Below are positions 57,735-64,000 of a DNA stretch of 64,000 nucleotides, piece by piece (positions within the stretch are counted from its first letter, which is position 1; every line of letters starts with the position of its first letter). The notes below the pieces were generated by a model. The model did no database searches. It was not told the origin of the DNA and saw only the letters and a program-made list of their open reading frames with translations. Source of the DNA: an uncultured Acidobacteriota bacterium (GTDB taxonomy: Bacteria > Acidobacteriota > Thermoanaerobaculia > UBA5066). Location of the stretch: NCBI GenBank assembly GCA_963779415.1, contig CAVZYA010000002.1, forward strand, positions 448,001 to 512,000, in the 5' to 3' direction. The position numbers and the translations under genes are program-made.

Positions 57735-58567
57735 GCCGTATTGCGATTCGCATCGTCGTCGCCCTGAGCGCCTTCGTGTCGCTCTCTGCCGCCTCGATTC
57801 CGCCGACTCCGAAGGATCCGAAGAGCCCCGTTCCCGACTGTGCCGACGGGCGTGGACCGACCGGTCCCGTGGAAGTGAAACTCCTCTCCCCGACACCGAA
57901 CCAGATGATCCCCTTCCCGGCGGTGCCGGCCGGCCAGCCTCCGGCCCGGGGAGCGATCGTCGAGGTGAAGCTGGAGGTCCGGAACTACGAGACGTTCCTG
58001 GACCCGAAAACGAAGTCCGGGCAGGGAATCGCCATCATCTTCGACAACCTTCCGGCGGCCGTTCACTACGAGCCGTCGAAGCCGTGGGAATTCCGGAACG
58101 TCCCGAAGGGGACGCACACGATCCGGGTCTTCGCGGTCCGGCCGTGGGGCGAGTCGATCAAGGAGCCCGGGGCCTTCGCGATGGTGACCTTCAACGTCGT
58201 CGAGGCCGACGGCAAGCACGCGCCAGACCCGAAGGCGCCCCTCCTCACGGTGAGCCGCCCGAAGGGGAAGTATCCGAAAGGAGAGGACGTCCTCCTCGAC
58301 TTCCTCGTCCGGGGCTGCACGGTCGGGGACAAGACGATGCCCGACTCGTGCCGCGTCCGGTACCGGATCGGCGACTTTCCCGAAGTGTCTCTCGAAAAAC
58401 CGGAGCCGGTCTGGCTGAAGAACATGCCGGTCGGCAAGCACGCCTTCGTCGTCGGCCTGACGCGAGGGGGGAAGCTGATCGACGGGCCTTTCAACCTCTT
58501 CCGTGGCGTCTTCGAGGTCGTGGCTTCGGCCCCGGCTCCGGCCAAGGCGGGATCCCCCGCCCCCTGA
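57731..58567 (+). CDS. Exported hypothetical protein
   Basis: Signal peptide; GTHTIRVF..RPWGES.K and PLLT.SRPKG.Y...LLDF. Confidence 0.7.
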   Translation: MSRIAIRIVVALSAFVSLSAASIPPTPKDPKSPVPDCADGRGPTGPVEVKLLSPTPNQMIPFPAVPAGQPPARGAIVEVKLEVRNYETFLDPKTKSGQGIAIIFDNLPAAVHYEPSKPWEFRNVPKGTHTIRVFAVRPWGESIKEPGAFAMVTFNVVEADGKHAPDPKAPLLTVSRPKGKYPKGEDVLLDFLVRGCTVGDKTMPDSCRVRYRIGDFPEVSLEKPEPVWLKNMPVGKHAFVVGLTRGGKLIDGPFNLFRGVFEVVASAPAPAKAGSPAP

Positions 58568-58569
58568 CG

Positions 58570-59583
58570 ATGCCCTCGCCCGTCGTCTACGAGAGCCCCG
58601 GTACGCGCCGGTGCCTCGTCGATCCGCCCCTGATCCTCGCCCCGATGGCGGGGATCACGGACATGACCTACCGGCTCCTCCTCCGGAAGGTCGGCGGGGT
58701 GGGGCTCGTGACGATGGAGTTCGTCTCGTCGGAAGGGCTCACCCGCGGAAACCGGAGGACCGAGCGGCTTCTCCGCTTCGACCCGACCGAACGGCCGCTC
58801 TCCGTCCAGATCTACGGCGCCGACGCGGCGCGGATGGCCGTCGCCGCGGCGCGGGTCGAGGAGATGCAGGTCGACGTCTGCGACATCAACATGGGATGCC
58901 CGTCCAACAAGGTCCTGAAGGGATGCGCGGGCGCCGGGCTGATGCGCGACCTCTCCAGAGCAAAGACGATCATCGCGGCCTGCCGGAAGGCGCTCCCGAC
59001 GACGCCGCTCACGGTGAAGTTCCGGCTCGGCATCTCGGACGAGACGACGAACTACCTCGAGCTGGCCCGGATCTGCGAAGGAGAAGGGGCTGCGGCCGTC
59101 GCCCTCCATGCCCGGACCGCGAAGCAGATGTTCACGGGGAGCGCCGACTGGAGCCGGATCGCGTGCCTCAAGGAGGCCGTCCGGATCCCGGTCGTCGGCA
59201 ACGGGGACGTCACCGGCCCCGAGGACGTCGTCCGGATGTTCCACGAGACCGGCTGCGATGCCGTCATGGTCGGGCGCGCGACGATGAAGAACCCGTGGAT
59301 CTTCCGGCAGGCAGCCGACCTCCTCGCGGGAAGACCCGTCCGCCCCGCGACCCTCGTGGAGCGGCGCGACGCCATCCTCGAGCACTTCCGGCTCATCATG
59401 CAGAACGACGGCGACCAGCCGAAGGCAGTGATGGCGAAGCTCCGTACCTTCACCGGGTGGTACACGCACGGCCTTCCGAACGGGATCGACCTGCGCCGCC
59501 AGATCAGCAGCCTCGACGCGCCGCAGGCCTTCCTCGACGCCGTCCACGGCTTCTTCGACCGCCGCACGGCGCTCGCGGCCTGA
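58570..59583 (+). CDS. dusB: tRNA-dihydrouridine synthase B
   Basis: [37 protein letters not shown]...NPWIF. Confidence 0.93.
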   Translation: MPSPVVYESPGTRRCLVDPPLILAPMAGITDMTYRLLLRKVGGVGLVTMEFVSSEGLTRGNRRTERLLRFDPTERPLSVQIYGADAARMAVAAARVEEMQVDVCDINMGCPSNKVLKGCAGAGLMRDLSRAKTIIAACRKALPTTPLTVKFRLGISDETTNYLELARICEGEGAAAVALHARTAKQMFTGSADWSRIACLKEAVRIPVVGNGDVTGPEDVVRMFHETGCDAVMVGRATMKNPWIFRQAADLLAGRPVRPATLVERRDAILEHFRLIMQNDGDQPKAVMAKLRTFTGWYTHGLPNGIDLRRQISSLDAPQAFLDAVHGFFDRRTALAA

Positions 59584-59599
59584 GACGGCAGGACTCCAG

Positions 59600-61651
59600 G
59601 TGACGGAGACCCCCCCCGACCTCTCCTCCCTTCGCGAGGCCCTCGACGGTGTCGACGCGGAGCTGGTCTCCCTGCTCGCGAGGCGTCTCGCCCTCGTCGT
59701 GAAGATCGGCGAAACGAAGGCGGGGCGCGCGGGGGGAATCCGCGACGCCTCCCGGGAGCGGGACGTGCTCGAGAAGGTGGAGTCGGCCGCCCGCGATCTC
59801 GGTGTCCCCGTGCCGCTCGCGCGGAAGATCTTCGGCGAAATCATCGCCCATTCCGTCACCCGCCAGGCCGCCTTCCTCTCCGGTGTCGCCGCGAGGGGAG
59901 AGCTTCGCGTCGCGTTCCAGGGAGTCCCCTACGCGTATTCGTGGCTCGCCGCGCAGAAGTACCTCGGCGGCCTCGGCGTCGCGGGAGCGCTCGCGGGATT
60001 CCGGAGCTTCGCCGAGGCGGTAGACGCCCTCGTCGCGGGAAGCGTCGACCTCGCGATCCTCCCGATCGAGAACACGACGGCGGGGAGCATCAACCAGGTC
60101 TACGACCTTCTCCTCTCGCACGACGTCGCGATGGTCGGCGAAGAGACCTGGAGGGTGGACCACTGCCTCGCCGGGCCGGCCGAGGTGCCGCTCGGGTCGA
60201 TCGCGAAAGTCCTCTCGCACCCGCAGGGGCTGGAGCAGTGCAGCCAGTTCCTCCTTTCGCTCCCGAACGCGCAGCCGGTCTTCCGGTTCGACACGGCCGA
60301 GGCGCTCGAGGAGGTCGCGGCCGCGGGGGACCCGACCCAGGCGGGGATCGGGCCGCCGGAGGCCGCCTCGCACTACGGCCTCGTCATCCTCCGGCGCGGC
60401 ATCGCGAACCAGGAGGAGAACTACACGCGCTTCGTCGCCCTCGCGCGAACGCCGGAGCGCTTCGATCCGCGGATCCCCTGCAAGACGAGCCTCGTCCTGA
60501 CGACGCGTCACGAGCACGGCGCGCTCCTGAAGTGCCTCGCCGTCCTCTCGGACAACGGCCTCTCGCTGACGAAGCTCGAGTCGCGCCCGAGACCGCGGAA
60601 GCCCTGGGAGTACATGTTCTTCGTCGACTTCGACGGGAACGTGGCCGACGCGAAGGTGTCGCGGGCCCTCGAGGAGCTGAAGGTCGTCGCGCTCTGGCTC
60701 AAGGTGCTCGGCTCCTATCCGGCGAAAGCGACGCCGCCGGACGCCGCGGCGGCGGAGATCGCCCCGCCCGCCGAGACGCTCGAGGCGGTCGTCCTTCCGG
60801 TCCCGGAGAAGGCGGCGCCCCCCGCCGTGAAGAAGAGTTCGTCGTACAGGCTCGTGAGTCGCGACGCCCGAGCCGAGGACACGGTGGTCCGCGTCGGCGA
60901 CCTTCTGATCGGAGGGGACGGGTTCGTCGTCATGGCAGGGCCCTGTTCCGTCGAGTCGAAAGCCCAGATCGACGCGACGGCGAAAGCGGTCCGGGAGGCG
61001 GGGGCGCACGTCCTCCGCGGCGGCGTCTTCAAGCCGAGGACGAGCCCGTACGCCTTCCAGGGGCTCGGGGAGGAGGGGCTCGAACTCCTCGCGTCGGCGG
61101 GGAGGGCGTTCGGCATGCCGATCGTCAGCGAGGTCCTCGCCCCCGAGCAGGTGCGCCTCATGGCGGCGAAGGCCGACATCCTCCAGATCGGCGCTCGGAA
61201 CATGCAGAACTTCCCGCTCCTGAACGAGGTGGGGAAGGTGGACCGGCCGGTGCTCCTCAAGCGCGGACTCTCCAGCACGATCGAGGAATGGCTCGCGGCG
61301 GCGGAATACATCCTCGCGAAGGGAAACGGGCAGGTGATCCTCTGCGAGAGGGGCATCCGGACCTTCGAGAGCGCGACACGCAACACGCTCGACCTCTCGG
61401 CCGTCCCCGTCGTGAGGGAACGGACGCATCTTCCGATCGTCGTCGACCCGAGCCACGGAACCGGGCGGCGCGCCTACGTCGCCCCGATGGCGTACGCGGC
61501 GCGTGCCTGCGGAGCGCACGGCCTCCTGATCGAGGTCCACCCCGACCCCGACCATGCTCTCTCGGACGGCGACCAGAGCCTCACCTTCGCCGAGTTCCGG
61601 TCGCTCATGGACGGCCTCTCCTCCGTCGCCCCTCCCCGTTCCGTCCGCTGA
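59600..61651 (+). CDS. Trifunctional chorismate mutase / prephenate dehydratase / DAHP synthase (type I beta)
   Basis: CM region ([18 protein letters not shown]), PDT ([25 protein letters not shown]), DAHPS ([40 protein letters not shown]). Confidence 0.93.
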   Translation: MTETPPDLSSLREALDGVDAELVSLLARRLALVVKIGETKAGRAGGIRDASRERDVLEKVESAARDLGVPVPLARKIFGEIIAHSVTRQAAFLSGVAARGELRVAFQGVPYAYSWLAAQKYLGGLGVAGALAGFRSFAEAVDALVAGSVDLAILPIENTTAGSINQVYDLLLSHDVAMVGEETWRVDHCLAGPAEVPLGSIAKVLSHPQGLEQCSQFLLSLPNAQPVFRFDTAEALEEVAAAGDPTQAGIGPPEAASHYGLVILRRGIANQEENYTRFVALARTPERFDPRIPCKTSLVLTTRHEHGALLKCLAVLSDNGLSLTKLESRPRPRKPWEYMFFVDFDGNVADAKVSRALEELKVVALWLKVLGSYPAKATPPDAAAAEIAPPAETLEAVVLPVPEKAAPPAVKKSSSYRLVSRDARAEDTVVRVGDLLIGGDGFVVMAGPCSVESKAQIDATAKAVREAGAHVLRGGVFKPRTSPYAFQGLGEEGLELLASAGRAFGMPIVSEVLAPEQVRLMAAKADILQIGARNMQNFPLLNEVGKVDRPVLLKRGLSSTIEEWLAAAEYILAKGNGQVILCERGIRTFESATRNTLDLSAVPVVRERTHLPIVVDPSHGTGRRAYVAPMAYAARACGAHGLLIEVHPDPDHALSDGDQSLTFAEFRSLMDGLSSVAPPRSVR

Positions 61652-61682
61652 TCACGACTCGCTGCGGCCGGCGTCCCCGGCT

Positions 61683-61706
61683 CTTGGTGCCTTGGTGTCT
61701 CGGTGC
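61683..61706 (+). promoter_or_regulatory. Triple direct repeat upstream of RHH-PIN pair, candidate operator
   Basis: CTTGGTGC-CTTGGTGT-CTCGGTGC. Confidence 0.5.
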
Positions 61707-61727
61707 GGGTTTGATAGACTTCACCTC

Positions 61728-61982
61728 ATGGCGCGGCTGACGATCACCCTAACGGATGAGCGGCATGCCGCGCTCAAGGAGGCCGCGGCGCGGCGCCGCC
61801 GGACGATCGGCCTTCTCATTGAGGAGAGCCTCGAGGCATACGGCGTCAAGACGCGGCAGAGCGCCGAGAAGCTGGTGGTGGCGGCGCGGCGGCGCTCGGG
61901 GATGACGGAGGCGGAGGCGATGCGTCTTTCGCTCCGTGAAACCCGGTCGGTCCGGAACGGGCGCCGGAAGCGCGCGCATTGA
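61728..61982 (+). CDS. RHH/CopG-like antitoxin
   Basis: MARLTITL.DE.H.ALKEAAARR..TIG.LIEESL. Confidence 0.8.
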   Translation: MARLTITLTDERHAALKEAAARRRRTIGLLIEESLEAYGVKTRQSAEKLVVAARRRSGMTEAEAMRLSLRETRSVRNGRRKRAH

Positions 61983-62398
61983 CCGGGCGGGTCGTCGTCG
62001 ACACGAACGTCCTCGTCAGCGGGCTTCTGACCCGGGACGGGAGCGCCCCGACAGCGCGCATTGTCGATTCGATCCTCCGGGGAGAGCTCCACCTGCTGCT
62101 CTCGACGGATCTTCTTGCCGAGTACAGGACGGTTCTTCTTCGCCCGGCGATCCGAAAGAGACACGGCCTTTCGGAGGCGGAGGTCGACGTACTACTCGGG
62201 GATATCGCCGAGATGGCGGCGTTTCGGGAGACCGAGCCGGTCTCGGACGCGGAGCGCCGGAAGGACCTTCACCTCCACCGGCTCCTCTCGGCGGCGGAAG
62301 GCGCGATCCTCGTGACGGGGGACGAAAGGCTTCGCCGGAGCGTACCGCCGGGGGTCGAGGCGCTCTCGCCGAATTCGTTCCTCTCGCGGCGGCGCTGA
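61979..62398 (+). CDS. PIN-domain putative toxin
   Basis: VVDTNVLVSGLL, LLAEY, KD, LVTGD. Confidence 0.85.
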   Translation: MTGRVVVDTNVLVSGLLTRDGSAPTARIVDSILRGELHLLLSTDLLAEYRTVLLRPAIRKRHGLSEAEVDVLLGDIAEMAAFRETEPVSDAERRKDLHLHRLLSAAEGAILVTGDERLRRSVPPGVEALSPNSFLSRRR

Positions 62399-62402
62399 CC
62401 GC

Positions 62403-63311
62403 TCAGGGGACTCTAGGCGGGCCCGCTCCGGGCTCGGGGAGATGGGGCGCGCGGGGCGTCGTGCCGGCGGACCCGTCCGCGAAGGCGTTGTAGGCCCACG
62501 TCAGTCCGCACGCGAAGAGGACGGCCGCGAGCCCGAGAAGCGCGTTGAAGTAGGGGGGGGCCGTCAGGGCGACACGGACGAGAAGGGTCGCGACGGCGAA
62601 GCCGGAGTTCCGGAAGACGACCCGGTACGTCGAGCTGTACCGGAGCGAAATCAGGACGAGAAGGATGTCCGAGAGGACGAGGAGCGTGTAGAAGGACTCG
62701 AAGAAGTTGAAGGTGTCGCGGCCGGTCACGGCGTACCCGAGGTCGGTCGCGCCAATCAGGGCGAAGCCGAAGAGGAGAACGAGGGCGACCGACTTCTTGG
62801 CGCGGACGAAGCTCTCCGTCTCGCGCGAGTCGGCCGTGATCGGCCGGCGCCGCTGAAGCCGGTAGAAGAGGCCGAGAAGAGCGAAGACGGCGAGCGCCCC
62901 GGCCGCGTCCGATGTCATCTCGCCGATCGCGCCGGAAACTTCCGACCAGCCGATCGGCTCGCGGAAGGTGGAGAGCTCCTTGAAGGTCTGCCGGAGCAGA
63001 ATGAGGGAGAAGATTTCGAACTGCTTGCCGAGCGACTCGGAGACCGAGTGGGCGAGACTGAAGACGACGCCGATGACCGCCAGAAAGAGCAGGAACGTGA
63101 ACGCGAGCTGGACGGCGTGGAAGTGATTCGTCGGGATGGCCTCGGCGAGGCCGGGCGGCAGCCATCCCTGCCGTCGCGCCTCGATCGCGGCGAGGGCGAC
63201 GAGGAACGTCCCAACGAGGGCCGTACCGGAAAGCCGCTGCTGCCGGGCTCCGCCCCACCACGCCTGCAGCGTGTCGAAGAGCCGGACGGGAAGGGGCTGC
63301 GGGCGGGTCAT
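62403..63311 (-). CDS. Multi-pass membrane hypothetical protein
   Basis: Several hydrophobic segments; KQFEIFSLILLR, FRNSGF. Confidence 0.75.
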   Translation of the reverse strand: MTRPQPLPVRLFDTLQAWWGGARQQRLSGTALVGTFLVALAAIEARRQGWLPPGLAEAIPTNHFHAVQLAFTFLLFLAVIGVVFSLAHSVSESLGKQFEIFSLILLRQTFKELSTFREPIGWSEVSGAIGEMTSDAAGALAVFALLGLFYRLQRRRPITADSRETESFVRAKKSVALVLLFGFALIGATDLGYAVTGRDTFNFFESFYTLLVLSDILLVLISLRYSSTYRVVFRNSGFAVATLLVRVALTAPPYFNALLGLAAVLFACGLTWAYNAFADGSAGTTPRAPHLPEPGAGPPRVP

Positions 63312-63359
63312 TCTCGGAGCCGGGACGACGGCGCGTCGAAGGCAGTTTACGATGAAAGG

Positions 63360-64000
63360 ATGAGACTCCGTCGCGCTCGCGCCGCCGCGACCTTCGCGCT
63401 CCTCCTCGCCCTCGCGCTTCCCGGCCGCCCGGCCCTTCCGCAGGCTCCCCCTTCCTCTTCGCAGCAGAGCCGCGTGGAAGGCGGGCCCCTCTCCGTTCCG
63501 ATCGAGGTGCGCGAGCAGTTCCTCGGCAAGAGCGGCGAGAAGACCGTCGTCCGCTTCGTCCTGACCGCGGAGAGGTCGGACTTCCGGGTCGGTCCCCTCG
63601 GGGCGCCCGGCACCGCGCGCCGGGCGTCGTTCGTCCTGATCGGCGAGGCGAAGGACGCCGCGGGAAAGGTCGTCGAGACCTTCCGGGCGCCGGTGGAGGT
63701 CGATCTCTCGGATTCGGAGGCGGGAAAGCCCGTCCGCGTCTCGTTTCTGGAGGCCCTTCCCCCGGGGGAGCTGACCATCCAGTTCCGGATGGAGGGGGCC
63801 GCGGGGCGGACGGTCGCCACGCGCGCCGTCTTCCTCACCGTTCCGCGCATGTCGTCGGAGTTCCGGGCGGAAGAGGCCGGGAGCGACGCTCCGGGCCTCC
63901 CGGCGGCTTCGGCGGTCGTCCTCGAATCGGAGAACCGCCCGACCGTGCCGAAGGCGACGGCCGCGAAGGGGATCATCCGGATCATCGCGCCGCGGCGGGA
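63360..64000 (+). CDS. Exported protein, N-terminal part (runs off window)
   Basis: ATG 63360, signal peptide MRLRRARAAATFALLLALAL, frame stays open to the window end. Confidence 0.65.
   Translation, partial: MRLRRARAAATFALLLALALPGRPALPQAPPSSSQQSRVEGGPLSVPIEVREQFLGKSGEKTVVRFVLTAERSDFRVGPLGAPGTARRASFVLIGEAKDAAGKVVETFRAPVEVDLSDSEAGKPVRVSFLEALPPGELTIQFRMEGAAGRTVATRAVFLTVPRMSSEFRAEEAGSDAPGLPAASAVVLESENRPTVPKATAAKGIIRIIAPRR

Noticed and set aside
70-63985. Numerous long Arg/Pro/Ala-rich ORFs in the ORF track (e.g. 1603-3738, 22518-24923, 59504-61555, 63347-63985)
   Set aside because: Shadow frames of real genes caused by high GC; no recognisable motifs.

Overview
GC-rich bacterial chromosomal window; gene content (TonB-C, VPS10, GerMN and prepilin genes, tmRNA tag ANNSELALAA) is compatible with an Acidobacteriota/Thermoanaerobaculia-like organism, which is an inference. 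Housekeeping genes include the hutI 3' end, cyclodeaminase, polA, selB, ubiX/ubiA-like, pilT-like, deoxynucleoside kinase, cutA, ssrA, amidase-gerMN-murI-rph, tRNA-Pro(TGG), dusB and a CM-PDT-DAHP synthase fusion. Many genes, including polA and selB, carry 1-nt frameshifts that look like long-read assembly errors. Two unusual structures stand out. (1) A ~14 kb island directly downstream of tmRNA (21.7-35.6 kb) holds about ten intact or decayed toxin-antitoxin modules. Its first half is cut into cassette-like units by repeats that begin with the tmRNA 3'-end core CCCCGCCTCCACC(A) and continue into 5' fragments of a metallo-beta-lactamase-fold gene. No integrase is present in the window. (2) A dispersed fixed-spacing motif GGGGTCRBGTMY-N9-AYTATR (7 full copies, 2 partial) marks accessory-gene junctions, often has tandem duplications on its outer side, and brackets an RND efflux operon as an inverted pair. 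Further candidates: a switch-like structured leader upstream of a zinc-ribbon gene, a J-domain/HIRAN gene pair, and a polymerase-less PolX-like PHP protein divergent from polA.
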